Counted from the first letter of the stretch, positions 10,301 to 20,540 are shown. The stretch is DNA of 64,000 nt from Thermodesulfobacteriota bacterium (GCA_964291405.2 OZ219926.1:3936001-4000000), one strand, 5' to 3'. The notes: generated from the letters alone by a model not told the origin. A program made the numbers and translations.

Positions 10301-11563
10301 ATGGAATTCGGACTGACCGCGGACCATATTCGTATCCAGACAGTTGCCCGTCAGCTCTCCGCTGACTTTGCGACCCGTGCGGCCGAGCACGACCGGGACG
10401 GCTCTCCGCCCAAGGAGAATTATGCGGCCCTCCGAGACGCCGGCTTCTACGGCTTGGTCGTCCCCAAGGAGTACGGCGGCCAAGAGGCCGGGCTCCTCGG
10501 CTATACCATTGCCGCCGAGGAAATCGCCCAAGGCTGTGCGTCGACGGCGCTCTCGTTCAATATGCACGCCGCAACTTTGGCCTCGCTGATGCACTCGGCT
10601 CTGCCGGATGAAATAAAAAAATGGGTAGCTGAACTGGCGACCAAACAAGGCAAGCTGATTGCCGCCATTCTCTCCGAACCGAGTACCACCAGCATTGTAC
10701 CCATGACGTTTGCCTGTTCAACGCGGGCTCGCCGGGTGTCCGGGGGCTATCGGCTTTCGGGTAAGAAATCGTTCTGCTCCATGGGCGAATCGTCCGACTA
10801 TCTCTGTCTCTTTGCCCATCCCGAGGAGATTGCCAATCCACAAACGGCCCTGGTTGCGGTAGTGCCGACCGACTCGCCCGGCGTGCGCTTCGAGCATGTG
10901 TGGGACACGCTCGGCATGCGAGCGACCCGCAGCGATAATCTGATCCTCGAAGACTGCTTTGTGCCGGACGAGGCCATCCTGGGCGAACCCATTCCCAAGA
11001 TTGGTGAATGGCTGGCCACCAATGAGCCGAGTTTCAATATTCCGTATACCGCCGTCTATCTCGGCGTTGGCTTTGCGGCCTTGAGTGCGATCAAAGACAA
11101 TGTGACGCAGCGCCAGCCCAAAGGCTACGGCCAGCCCTTGGCCTATCATCCCGACATTCGGCGCCGGGTTGCCATGATGAGCGCCCAACTGGAAGCCGCC
11201 CGCTGGCTGCTGCGCTACGTGGCCTGGCTGGCCGACGAAGCCTATGAACGCCAGCGCTATACGGACCGCCCAAAGCAGTATGGCACAACAGTGGAAGGAC
11301 AGACCGCGGAGGTCCTGGCCACCTACTTCAAAGCTAAATATATTGTCGGAGAAGCCGTCACTGCCGCGACCCGCTCGGCGCTCGAAATGGGGGGCGGTCA
11401 CGCCATCTTTAAGACCTCGGCGCTGGAGCGTCTGTTTCGCGATGGCGCAACCGCGACCATGCAGCATCCGCCCAGCGATTTTTGTCTGTCGTCCTTGAGC
11501 GTCCACGAACTCCAGCTCGACCCGCAGCAGATTCAACCGCCCCTCGCTCAGATATGGGAGTAG
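10301..11563 (+). CDS. Acyl-CoA dehydrogenase-family flavoprotein (possibly a DszC/SfnB-like monooxygenase)
   Basis: VPKEYGG, SEP, LSGKKSF, WDTLGMRATRS, LERLFRD. Confidence 0.88.
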   Translation: MEFGLTADHIRIQTVARQLSADFATRAAEHDRDGSPPKENYAALRDAGFYGLVVPKEYGGQEAGLLGYTIAAEEIAQGCASTALSFNMHAATLASLMHSALPDEIKKWVAELATKQGKLIAAILSEPSTTSIVPMTFACSTRARRVSGGYRLSGKKSFCSMGESSDYLCLFAHPEEIANPQTALVAVVPTDSPGVRFEHVWDTLGMRATRSDNLILEDCFVPDEAILGEPIPKIGEWLATNEPSFNIPYTAVYLGVGFAALSAIKDNVTQRQPKGYGQPLAYHPDIRRRVAMMSAQLEAARWLLRYVAWLADEAYERQRYTDRPKQYGTTVEGQTAEVLATYFKAKYIVGEAVTAATRSALEMGGGHAIFKTSALERLFRDGATATMQHPPSDFCLSSLSVHELQLDPQQIQPPLAQIWE

Positions 11564-11674
11564 GGCGGCTGAGCTACGCGTCTCCTGACAACCGCGTCGA
11601 TCCCGTCCGGTGCGGCAGAGGTTGAGGGTCCATTCCCTTTTCTATAGGAATGGGCCAGTACCAAGGAGAAGACA

Positions 11675-13108
11675 GTGAAAAAACGCATCTATTTCAACGC
11701 CTTTCATATGAACTGTGTGGTGCACCAATCGCCCGGCCTGTGGGTCCTGCCGGAAGATAAGATGGAGAACTACACCGACCTCAATACCTGGATTGAATTA
11801 GCCCGGTTATTGGAACGGGGGAAATTCGACGCTCTGTTCCTGGCCGATGTCGTGGGTGTGTACGATGTGTTCCGGGGTAATCGGGAGGCCGCCCTGACCC
11901 AGGCCGCGCAAACACCGGTGAACGACCCCATGCTGCTGGTCCCGGCTATGGCCGCAGCAACAGAACACCTGGGCTTCGCCTTTACCAGTTCGATCCTCCA
12001 GTACCCTCCCTTCACTTTTGCCCGGCTTATCTCGACGCTTGACCATCTTACCCAGGGCCGGGTGGCCTGGAATATCGTGACCTCGTATCTGGAAAGCGCC
12101 GGGCGCAGCTATGGCCGGTCCGGTTTGCCCGAACATGACGAACGCTACGACATGGCGGATGAGTATTGCGAGGTGTGCTACAAGCTGTGGGAATCGAGCT
12201 GGGAGGATGGCGCGGTGGTCAAAGACAAGCAGCGCGGCATCTACGCCGACCCGAGCAAGGTGTGGAACGTTGTCCACGAGGGCAAGTATTACAAAATGGA
12301 CGGCTGTCATCTGTCCGAACCGTCCCCGCAGCGCACCCCGGTGTTATACCAGGCCGGCTCCTCATCCCGTGGACAGGCCTTTGCCGCCCGCCACGCCGAG
12401 TGCGTGTTTATTGCTTCCCCGACGCTTGAGGTTGCGCGGCAGACCATCCAGGCGACTCGGAAACAGGCAGAGCAGAACGGGCGCAACCCGGAGGATATTC
12501 TTTTCTTTGCTTATCTCAAAACGGTCACCGGCGGCACAGAAGCGGAAGTCAAGCAGAAGTATGACGATTACCTGGAACACACGAGCTATGACGGATCAAT
12601 GGCCTTGTGGTGTGGCTGGGCCGGCTACGATCTCGGCCAGCTCGACCCGGACGAACCACTCGAATATGTTGAAACAAACGCTATCCGTACGCTCTGGAAC
12701 AACTTCGTCCACTTAGACCCGGAGCGTAAGTGGCGGATACGTGACCTGGCCAAATATGTCGGCCTTGGTGGTGGCGGCCCGGTGGTGGCGGGGACACCGG
12801 AACAGATCGCCGACGAATTTCAGAAATGGACCGAGGCCGGAGTCGATGGGTTCAACCTCGCCTACGCCGTGACGCCGGGAACGTTTGAAGAGTTTGTTGA
12901 CGGCGTCGTGCCGGTTCTCCAAAAACGCGGAATGATGCAAACGGAGTATCAGGACGGTACCCTGCGCGAAAAACTCTATGGGGCCGGACAAGCACGGCTG
13001 AGCCCGCCACATCCGGCGGTGCAATACCGGCGCTCCGAATCGGCTCCCGCCCAGGTCTCCTCTCAGTCTCGCCGGGACGGCTCGGCCAGCGTTGCCGTGG
13101 CGAAATAA
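11675..13108 (+). CDS. NtaA/DmoA/DszA-family FMNH2-dependent monooxygenase (LLM)
   Basis: LERGKFDALFLAD, GRVAWNIVTS, PSPQRTPVLYQAGSS, GTLREKL; GTG start after AAGGAG. Confidence 0.92.
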   Translation: MKKRIYFNAFHMNCVVHQSPGLWVLPEDKMENYTDLNTWIELARLLERGKFDALFLADVVGVYDVFRGNREAALTQAAQTPVNDPMLLVPAMAAATEHLGFAFTSSILQYPPFTFARLISTLDHLTQGRVAWNIVTSYLESAGRSYGRSGLPEHDERYDMADEYCEVCYKLWESSWEDGAVVKDKQRGIYADPSKVWNVVHEGKYYKMDGCHLSEPSPQRTPVLYQAGSSSRGQAFAARHAECVFIASPTLEVARQTIQATRKQAEQNGRNPEDILFFAYLKTVTGGTEAEVKQKYDDYLEHTSYDGSMALWCGWAGYDLGQLDPDEPLEYVETNAIRTLWNNFVHLDPERKWRIRDLAKYVGLGGGGPVVAGTPEQIADEFQKWTEAGVDGFNLAYAVTPGTFEEFVDGVVPVLQKRGMMQTEYQDGTLREKLYGAGQARLSPPHPAVQYRRSESAPAQVSSQSRRDGSASVAVAK

Positions 13109-13196
13109 ACGACGCTCAGGATCTGATAGATGTGGCCGCAGGGCGGGATGTAAGCCCTCGGGGAGAGAGCGCCGCCTGCGGAGCCGACACGAGCGT

Positions 13197-13490
13197 CTAG
13201 GCGTCCACCTTATCGAAATACTGAATCTTGGGCGGGGCGGTGACCAGGGCTTGGAGGGGAGCGAGGGTACCGGTTTCCGACCGCCACTGTAAATAGCGCT
13301 CCTGATGGGCGCGGGAGTCCCATATTTCATACAGGACCATGTTGCCTTTGGTCTCGGTGTTGTCGTAGAAATCAACACTCTGACAGCCGTCGTAAGCCCG
13401 CGTGTCGGTCAATAACTCCCTCATCACCGCCTTCATATCATCAACTGCTTCCGGTTTTACCGATAACTCGATCAAGACCATTGTGCTCAT
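13197..13490 (-). CDS. Antibiotic biosynthesis monooxygenase (ABM) family protein
   Basis: DTRAYDGC, LYEIWDSRAHQERYLQWR; AAGGAGG RBS 9 nt before ATG at 13490. Confidence 0.85.
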   Translation of the reverse strand: MSTMVLIELSVKPEAVDDMKAVMRELLTDTRAYDGCQSVDFYDNTETKGNMVLYEIWDSRAHQERYLQWRSETGTLAPLQALVTAPPKIQYFDKVDA

Positions 13491-13669
13491 ACCTTTCATC
13501 CTCCTTCGCGGGCATGAATAACCATCCGTATCCCCAACCAGATCATGACCCCCAGATGGAAGCAAGCGGTCGCCTGAACAGTATTTTCATCTCGACGAGA
13601 CGTGGTATAGGAGAGGAAGCAGAACATTCCCTCCGTAAGTGGAAAGGCCAGGGAGTTAAGGGAGACTTC

Positions 13670-14575
13670 ATGAAAATCGGTTTTATGCTGCCCGCATTTG
13701 GCGCGATGGCGACCCATGAGAATATGCTGGCCATGGCCCAGCTCGCCGAAGATCGCGGCTTCGAGTCGATCTGGGCGCCCGACCATGTCATCATGCCGAC
13801 CAAGATCGATACCCCGTACCCGTACAGCAAGTCGGGGCGTTATATTGCCGACCCCAAGGGCGCCCATCTGGAGCCGTTTACCGTGCTGTCGTTTGTGGCG
13901 GCCTGTACCCACCGGGTGCGGCTGGGGTTTACCGTGATCGTGGCACCGTACCGCCATCCGGTGGTGACCGGCAAGATGCTGGCCTCGTTGGACGTGCTGT
14001 CAAATGGCCGTTTGATTGTCGGGGTGGGCAGCGGCTGGCTGGAAGAGGAGTTCCAGGCCCTGGAGGTTCCGTTTGCCAAACGCTGGACGCGCACGGACGA
14101 GCATATCCAGATCTGGAAAGAACTCTGGACGGCCGAGGAGCCGCGCTTTGAAGGCGAGTACCACCGGTTTACGGACGTCCAGTGTCGGCCTCAGCCGCTC
14201 CAAAAGCCGCACCCGCCGATTACGATTGGCGGGCGTGGGCGAGCCGGCCTCCGCCGGGTGGTGAGCATGGCCGACGGCTGGCAGGTCGTCTCCGAGCATC
14301 CCGACGATGTGTATAGCACCGAAGGCGACTTGGCGAAGGATTTGCAGACGCTCAGGCAGATGTGTGACGAGGCGGGCCGCGACTTCTCGACCATAGAGAT
14401 TACCGCGGTGATTATCGCCGGCACGGCCGAGGGGGTTCTTAAGGACCTACCGGGTTGGGAACGCCTGGGCGTGAGCCGCTTGATCCTTGACTTTCCGTCG
14501 TTTGTGTCCGACCCTGGCGAGATGGCTGCCATCTTGGAAAAAATTGCCGCCGAGGCCGAGATGGAAGCGACCTAG
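13670..14575 (+). CDS. LLM-class oxidoreductase, probable F420-dependent (Rv2161c-like)
   Basis: WAPDHVIMP, YPYS, LDVLSNGR, GSGWLEEEF, PQPLQKPHPPI. Confidence 0.88.
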   Translation: MKIGFMLPAFGAMATHENMLAMAQLAEDRGFESIWAPDHVIMPTKIDTPYPYSKSGRYIADPKGAHLEPFTVLSFVAACTHRVRLGFTVIVAPYRHPVVTGKMLASLDVLSNGRLIVGVGSGWLEEEFQALEVPFAKRWTRTDEHIQIWKELWTAEEPRFEGEYHRFTDVQCRPQPLQKPHPPITIGGRGRAGLRRVVSMADGWQVVSEHPDDVYSTEGDLAKDLQTLRQMCDEAGRDFSTIEITAVIIAGTAEGVLKDLPGWERLGVSRLILDFPSFVSDPGEMAAILEKIAAEAEMEAT

Positions 14576-14647
14576 CCGAATCCTGTCCTCTGTCTTAACC
14601 CACGCGGTCTTACGGCGGCGCGAACGTCCTAAAACCTGGGGCGAGCT

Positions 14648-15832
14648 ATGGCCAAGCGGAGTGCCGGGTACGATGTCGTCATTGTTGGTGGAGCCATTAT
14701 TGGCAGTGCCGTCGCCTACTTTCTCACTGCGGACGATGACTTTCAGGGCCGCGTGCTCATCATCGAAAAAGATCCCTCCTATCAGTATTGCTCAACCACA
14801 CGCTCTTTAGCTTCGATTCGACAGCAGTTCTCGACCCCGGTGAATATTCACCTGTCTCAGTTTGGGGTGGAGTTCCTACGAACGGCCAAAGACCGCCTGG
14901 GGGCGGATGTCGAGGTCAGCTTCAGAGAGGCGGGCTATCTGCTGCTGGCGAGTGGGCAGGGGAAAGCTATTCTTGAACGCAACGTGCGGGTCCAAACCCA
15001 GCAGGGCGCAGATGTCTGTCTGCTGGGTCCGGCCGAATTGCAGGCGCGTTTCCCGTGGCTCGCGACCTCGGACCTCGCTGCCGGTTGCCTTGGGCTATCC
15101 GGGGAAGGCTGGTTTGATGCCCACAGCCTGCTGTACGCGCTCCGCAACACGGCCGTCGCACGGGGCGCTGAGCTTCTGACCGGCGAGGTCGTTGCGCTGC
15201 ACGTTACGCGGCAGCGTCTGGAGGCCGTGCAACTCGCCGACGGACGGGTATTTTCGTGTGGCGAGCTGGTGAATGCCGCCGGTCCGGCTGCCGGGAAGAT
15301 CGCTCGTATGGCCGATATTGAGCTGCCGGTCGAAAGTCGGAAACGGTGTGTGTTCGTGTTCGATTGTCGGCAGGCCGACGTGCTGCAAGCCTGCCCCTTG
15401 GTCGTGGATGTCTCCGGCGTCTATTTTCGTCCCGAAGGCCAGTACTTCGTGTGCGGGGTGTCTCCACCGGCAGACCAGGACCCCCCGACAGAAGATTTTC
15501 GGGTGGAGTATCATCTGTTCGATGAGATCGTCTGGCCGGCCCTGGCGCACCGCGTTCCCGTTTTCCAAGCGATCAAGCAGGTCAACGCCTGGAGCGGGCA
15601 CTACGCCTATAACACGCTTGACCAGAACGCCATTGTGGGTCGGCATCCCGTACTGAAAAATTTCCTTTTTGCCAACGGTTTTTCCGGCCACGGGGTCCAA
15701 CAGGCCCCTGGCGTTGGTCGCGGTATTGCCGAGTTGATTGTGCATGGCGCATACCGGACGGTAGATATCACGCCGCTCGGGTTTGAACGTGTGGTCGCGG
15801 GGCGACCGCTGCAAGAACTCAATGTGATCTAA
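14648..15832 (+). CDS. FAD-dependent oxidoreductase (DAO/FOXRED1-like)
   Basis: IVGGAIIG, SIRQQFS, NGFSGHGVQQAP. Confidence 0.9.
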   Translation: MAKRSAGYDVVIVGGAIIGSAVAYFLTADDDFQGRVLIIEKDPSYQYCSTTRSLASIRQQFSTPVNIHLSQFGVEFLRTAKDRLGADVEVSFREAGYLLLASGQGKAILERNVRVQTQQGADVCLLGPAELQARFPWLATSDLAAGCLGLSGEGWFDAHSLLYALRNTAVARGAELLTGEVVALHVTRQRLEAVQLADGRVFSCGELVNAAGPAAGKIARMADIELPVESRKRCVFVFDCRQADVLQACPLVVDVSGVYFRPEGQYFVCGVSPPADQDPPTEDFRVEYHLFDEIVWPALAHRVPVFQAIKQVNAWSGHYAYNTLDQNAIVGRHPVLKNFLFANGFSGHGVQQAPGVGRGIAELIVHGAYRTVDITPLGFERVVAGRPLQELNVI

Positions 15833-15853
15833 ATATTTTTAGGAGGGTGCAGT

Positions 15854-16987
15854 ATGGCTGAGTACAAAGTTATTTCATCCGATAGTCATGTGTTCGAGCC
15901 GTCGGATTTATGGATCAGCCGGGTCGATGCTCGGTTCAGAGATCGGGCTCCGCATGTCGTTCGCCGCGAAGAAGACAATACTGATTGGTGGGTCTGCGAT
16001 GGGGTGAAAGGGGTCAGCGGAGGGTCCGGCGGCTCACAGGCCGGAAAGCGGTTCGTGCCCGAAGAGCGGGACTCGATGAGGTTTGGTGACGTTATGGAAA
16101 ACGTCCGGCCCGGAGCCTATCTCCCCGAGGAACATCTTAAAGACCTGGACCTGGATGGCATTGATGCCGACGTGCTCTACCCGACGCAGGGACTGCTGCT
16201 GTACAGCATTCCGGATGGTGAGCTCCTGACCGTCCTGTGCCGGGCCTATAACGACTGGCTGGCCGAGTTCTGCCAGCCCTTCCCGCAGCGGATCAAGGGC
16301 ATTGCCATGCTGAATGTTGACGATGTCGCGGAGAGTGTCAGGGAGTTGGAGCGCTGCGCCAAGCTGGGGCTGTGCGGTGCAATGATCACGGTCTACCCGT
16401 TGGAGGGACATAGCTATGATTCTCCCGAGTACGAGCCGCTGTGGGCCGTGGCCCAGGATTTGGGCCTCCCGCTGAGCCTGCATATTGCGACCAACCGGCC
16501 CGCTCCAAACTCGCCCCTGGTCGATCTGGAAGCGGTCAGCACCGCCTTTCTGACCAATGTCGATTACTGGGTGCGCATGTCGCTGTCGCATATTATTTTC
16601 AGTGGCGTGTTCGAGCGCTATCCGAAACTCCAAATCGGGTCGGTCGAGCAGGAGTTGGCCTGGGTGCCGCATTTCCTGGAACGGATGGACTACAATTTCA
16701 TCCAACGCCCGGCGACCGGAGGCCGGCAGAAATTCAAGGAAGATATGCTGCCGAGCGACTATTTCCGGCGGAACGTCTTCCTCAGCTTCCAGGAGGATGC
16801 CCTCGGTATCAGGGACCGCGATATCATCGGTGTGGATAATATCCTGTGGGGCTCGGACTACCCCCACCCGGAGTGTACCTTCCCCAACTCGCGCCAGGTG
16901 CTTGAGACCATCCTGGCGGACTGTAGCGAAGGGGAAAAGGCGAAAATTGTCGGGGGGAATACCGCCCGGATTTATCATTTTGATTAA
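15854..16987 (+). CDS. Amidohydrolase family (Amidohydro_2)
   Basis: SSDSHVFEP, LYPT, AYNDW, SLH, WGSDYPH. Confidence 0.92.
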   Translation: MAEYKVISSDSHVFEPSDLWISRVDARFRDRAPHVVRREEDNTDWWVCDGVKGVSGGSGGSQAGKRFVPEERDSMRFGDVMENVRPGAYLPEEHLKDLDLDGIDADVLYPTQGLLLYSIPDGELLTVLCRAYNDWLAEFCQPFPQRIKGIAMLNVDDVAESVRELERCAKLGLCGAMITVYPLEGHSYDSPEYEPLWAVAQDLGLPLSLHIATNRPAPNSPLVDLEAVSTAFLTNVDYWVRMSLSHIIFSGVFERYPKLQIGSVEQELAWVPHFLERMDYNFIQRPATGGRQKFKEDMLPSDYFRRNVFLSFQEDALGIRDRDIIGVDNILWGSDYPHPECTFPNSRQVLETILADCSEGEKAKIVGGNTARIYHFD

Positions 16988-17049
16988 AAGTGGGGTGATA
17001 AAGAGGGGGTAGGTAGGAGCGAGGAAGAGCGAAAATCGAAAGAGGGACG

Positions 17050-18282
17050 ATGGCGCATACTTTACAGCCTCCCGGTATTGAAAATGCCGAAGCTTTGTAC
17101 GCGCGGATTCGCGCCGAGAATCAGGGTCACTGGCCCAGGTTTTCGGCGGCGGAGTACCAGCGTCGCTATGAGGCAATCCGCACTGCGATGGCTGAGCGTC
17201 ATATCGACTGTCTGCTCATGTTCAGCAACGGGTATGTCTTTAGCGCGAATCTGATCTATGTCGGCAATTATATCGATATTGCCTATGGAGCCATTGTCTT
17301 TCCGCTAGACCAGGAGCCTACCTTGTTTGCGAGTCTCTATTCGTTCCTGCCGCAGGCGGCTGCGCAGTCGGGCATCCGGGACGTTCGCTGGGGAGCCGGA
17401 GTGAACCACCAGGCGCTCGTGGAGCGGCTTAAAGAGGGCGGGCTGGAAACGGGAACGGTGGGTATTGCCGACCGTGTGCCCCACGACCTCTGGCTCTTCT
17501 TGCACGATGCCCTACCTGAAGCGACCTTTGTCGAGGCTCAGGACCTGATGTACCAGATCCGGCTGTGCGCCAGTCCGGAAGAAATCGAATGGTATGAAAA
17601 GGGCGCGGAACTGTGCGATCGCGCCTTTCGTGCAGTCGTTGATACGGTCGAGCCGGGCATGAAAGATCATGAGATCGTCGCCACGCTCCATGGAACATAT
17701 CTCAAGTTAGGGGGCTCTCTGTATGGGGCGGCACTGGCGTCTACCCCAATGGCTCAGCCGTCTATTCCCTACTCCTGGTGGGTCGCGGGAGGGTCTACCC
17801 GGACTATTCGGCCCGGGGATCTGATTCTGACCGAGACCACGGGAACGTATTATGGTTACCCAGGGCAGCTCATCCGTCCGGTCGCTTTGGGAGAACCACC
17901 GCCTCAGCTCAAAAAACTGGAGGAATTAGCGGTCACGCTGTACTCGGAGGTTCAAAAAGTTGTGAAGGTCGGCAATACGCCGCGGGATGTGTTTGCGTTG
18001 TCTCGGCGTATTCTTGACGAAGGGTATACGGTTCAGTGTCCTGTGATCCATGGATATACCCAGGGGATCAACCCACCCTATGCTTCGGTTCCGGGTGACC
18101 CGTGCTGGGCGGTCGATCTTGATGTCCCTTTTCAAGAGAATCAGCTCATTGTCATTGAACCCAATCCCGTCACACGGGATATGCAGCGTGGGTTCTTCAT
18201 TGGGGATATGAATCGGGTGACCCCGCGGGGCGCGAGTTCGCTCCACCAGTATCCGCTACAGCTGACGGTGAAGGCGGTGTAG
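17050..18282 (+). CDS. M24/creatinase-fold hydrolase with atypical metal-site residues
   Basis: FSAAEYQRRY N-domain; SPEEIE, PGDL, HG, IEPN pita-bread fold motifs. Confidence 0.78.
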   Translation: MAHTLQPPGIENAEALYARIRAENQGHWPRFSAAEYQRRYEAIRTAMAERHIDCLLMFSNGYVFSANLIYVGNYIDIAYGAIVFPLDQEPTLFASLYSFLPQAAAQSGIRDVRWGAGVNHQALVERLKEGGLETGTVGIADRVPHDLWLFLHDALPEATFVEAQDLMYQIRLCASPEEIEWYEKGAELCDRAFRAVVDTVEPGMKDHEIVATLHGTYLKLGGSLYGAALASTPMAQPSIPYSWWVAGGSTRTIRPGDLILTETTGTYYGYPGQLIRPVALGEPPPQLKKLEELAVTLYSEVQKVVKVGNTPRDVFALSRRILDEGYTVQCPVIHGYTQGINPPYASVPGDPCWAVDLDVPFQENQLIVIEPNPVTRDMQRGFFIGDMNRVTPRGASSLHQYPLQLTVKAV

Positions 18283-18382
18283 CACATCCCCCGGATTCTT
18301 CTCTCTCCGCCAGGCCCAACGGGAGGGACATGGTCTTTCCTCTCGTGATATATAAACGGACGGGGTCAATAAGGAGGCACGC

Positions 18383-18883
18383 ATGGGGCAAGAGTCGGAC
18401 CGTATGCTGCGGGAGCTTGTTGAAAAAGAAGCCATACGCGAGCTGGTCCATCGCTATTGTTGGGCCGTGGACCGGGGGGAATTTCAAGATGTGATGGCGC
18501 TGTTTCACGATTCGTGTGACCTGGTCGTCAGCCCTCCGGGCCGCCGCCGAGAAGGGCGCGCCGCCGTCGAGCGCTGGTACGGACGCTATATGCGCCATCG
18601 TCTCGGGGTCTTACGGCATCTCATTCATAACCAGGTCATCACCCTTGACGGTGAGCGGGCGTTTTCAAAGAGCTATTTTGATGCAGTCGGCGACCTGAAG
18701 GGCGAATCTATTGTTGTTGCCGGATTTTATGAAGACAAGCTGCTCCGTGTTGAAGGGGAGTGGAAATTTACGGAGAAAGTCATTGGTACGGACTTCATGG
18801 TCCCGTTGCATGAAGGCTGGGGTGGAGAGAAATTCAAAGTCCGGCCGTGGTGGTATGACGGGGAGAAGGCGTCGAAGGAGTGA
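18383..18883 (+). CDS. SnoaL/NTF2-like protein
   Basis: EAIRELVHRYCWAVD, RHLIHN, G-YEDKL-R-EGEWKF. Confidence 0.87.
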   Translation: MGQESDRMLRELVEKEAIRELVHRYCWAVDRGEFQDVMALFHDSCDLVVSPPGRRREGRAAVERWYGRYMRHRLGVLRHLIHNQVITLDGERAFSKSYFDAVGDLKGESIVVAGFYEDKLLRVEGEWKFTEKVIGTDFMVPLHEGWGGEKFKVRPWWYDGEKASKE

Positions 18884-18917
18884 AAATCCTCTCCTCGGAC
18901 GTGTGGTGCGAAAAGGA

Positions 18918-19160
18918 ATCCACCCCGGCCCTTCGGGCCACCCTTCCCAAGAGGGGAGCTTTTTTATCCCCTCCTCGGAGGGAATTATGCACTTTAAGAC
19001 ACCTAGCGCATTTCACGAGAGGTTGTAGCCGTGCCAGTCCGCTCTCGTCGGGAAGGCCACTGGACTGCTCCAAGCGGCCCAGAAGGGGAGGTGGGGGGCT
19101 CCCTTCCTGGGAGGGCAGCCATCCTGGTCGCTATGCGGGCTGGAAGCCCGCACTCCTAAA
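18918..19160. repeat. Cluster of REP-like palindromes between convergent genes
   Basis: GGCCC-TTC-GGGCC, ATCCCCTCCTCGGAGGGAAT and GCGGGCT-GGA-AGCCCGC hairpins. Confidence 0.7.
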
Positions 19161-19229
19161 GGAGAAGAGAGCCGTGCTCCACAGCAGCGTAGTTCGCTGC
19201 TATGCCAAAAGCGGGTGGGTAAAGCCTTT

Positions 19230-20540
19230 TTATGTGTTTTCGTCCGGAACCAGTCCTATTAAATCGATCACGACCTTGCAGCCAGGAATCGGAAGCGGAC
19301 CGGGGATACGAACGGTGGTACTTGCCGGGGGGTCGGTCGGAAAGGCTTCGGCCCACGCGGCGAAAGACGTAAAAAACTCGCCAAAGTCCGTATAAAACCC
19401 GCGCCGGCGGAGCAGTTGATCATGCGAGGTGCCGGCCGCTCGACAGATCGCCTCGATGTTTTTCACAATATAGTTTACCTCTTTTTCCGCGGCGGACGAG
19501 TAGTACGGAAAATTCGGGTCAACCCGCGCCTCAGCCGGTACGCCGGTGCGATAGTCGGTGGCCATCTGACCAGAGAAAAAGAGAAAGGGGCCGGCCTGTA
19601 CGGCTTGCGGCTCGTGGGCCAGAGGAAGAGGAGCGGCCTCGGTTCGGATGGTGCGCTTCGCCGGTCCGTCCTGTGGGACATAAGCAACCAGGTTGATGGC
19701 GATACGTAAGCCCGGAACGCCCAGGTCGTTGACCGGTACGGTGGTTCGGGCTGGTGGGTCTGTGGGAAAATACTGTTTCCAGATCTGTTCCAGGCGGTAA
19801 AAGTCCTGGATGTCCGTCATATAGACTTCTGCCTTGACGACATCCTCAAGCGATGCCCCGGCAGCCTGCAGAACGGCCTGTTGGGCCTTCAGAATATATT
19901 CGGTTTGTAAGCGGGCGCTCTCCGCATAATAGGGAAAGTTGGGGTCGACCTGAGCTTCGGGCGCAAGTCCGCTTGAAAAGTCGGTGGCCGTCAGGCCGGC
20001 GGTAAAGATAAACTCGCCGGCTTTCACGCCGTAGTGATACAGGGCCTGGCCGTCGAGCCCGTGTATGGCCGGCGGGGGCAGGGCCTCGGCCTGAATAACC
20101 TCCGGCCGCTGGCCGGTCTCGGACACAAAGCCCACCAGGTCGGTCTCCAGGGTACAGCCCGGTACGGGCAGTTCTTCCAAGAGAACAGTAGTATGCGGCG
20201 GGACGCCAGTGGAGCCAAACGTCTGCTGCAAGACCTCGGAAACGCCGTGCAACTCCTGGGTATGGGTATGGTAGAGCGTGAATGAGACACACTGTTCCAG
20301 GGAGGAGCCGGCGGCCTCAAGCGTGGCGCGCAGATTGTTGGCTATATACTGGGTCTGGCGTTCGATATTGCTGCCGTGGTGGGGGAAGTTCGGGTTAATG
20401 GTGGCCGCCGGCGGAATGCCGGTCTGAAAATCCGAGGCCACTTGGCCGGAGATAAAGACAAACGGTCCGGCCTTGACGGCGGGTGAGTATGCAACACGCG
20501 GCATGGGAAGAGCCTCTGGAAAGATCGCCTCTTTTTTCAT
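19230..20540 (-). CDS. RidA/YjgF-family protein with three tandem Rid domains
   Basis: Three repeats of (V)xAG-F-F-(S/A)G...A(S/T)D...PP..D/NPNFP(Y/H)...PP(H/R/S)TTV in 436 aa. Confidence 0.9.
   Translation of the reverse strand: MKKEAIFPEALPMPRVAYSPAVKAGPFVFISGQVASDFQTGIPPAATINPNFPHHGSNIERQTQYIANNLRATLEAAGSSLEQCVSFTLYHTHTQELHGVSEVLQQTFGSTGVPPHTTVLLEELPVPGCTLETDLVGFVSETGQRPEVIQAEALPPPAIHGLDGQALYHYGVKAGEFIFTAGLTATDFSSGLAPEAQVDPNFPYYAESARLQTEYILKAQQAVLQAAGASLEDVVKAEVYMTDIQDFYRLEQIWKQYFPTDPPARTTVPVNDLGVPGLRIAINLVAYVPQDGPAKRTIRTEAAPLPLAHEPQAVQAGPFLFFSGQMATDYRTGVPAEARVDPNFPYYSSAAEKEVNYIVKNIEAICRAAGTSHDQLLRRRGFYTDFGEFFTSFAAWAEAFPTDPPASTTVRIPGPLPIPGCKVVIDLIGLVPDENT

Noticed and set aside
9035-10648. 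Long antisense ORFs (9035..10648, also 16034..17176, 27124..28380, 43999..45141 and 62599..63636)
   Set aside because: They are shadows of clear genes on the opposite strand, expected in GC-rich DNA, and show no family motifs
18880-19395. 171-aa ORF downstream of the SnoaL gene
   Set aside because: It runs through REP-like palindromes, overlaps the Rid gene on the opposite strand and has no protein-like features
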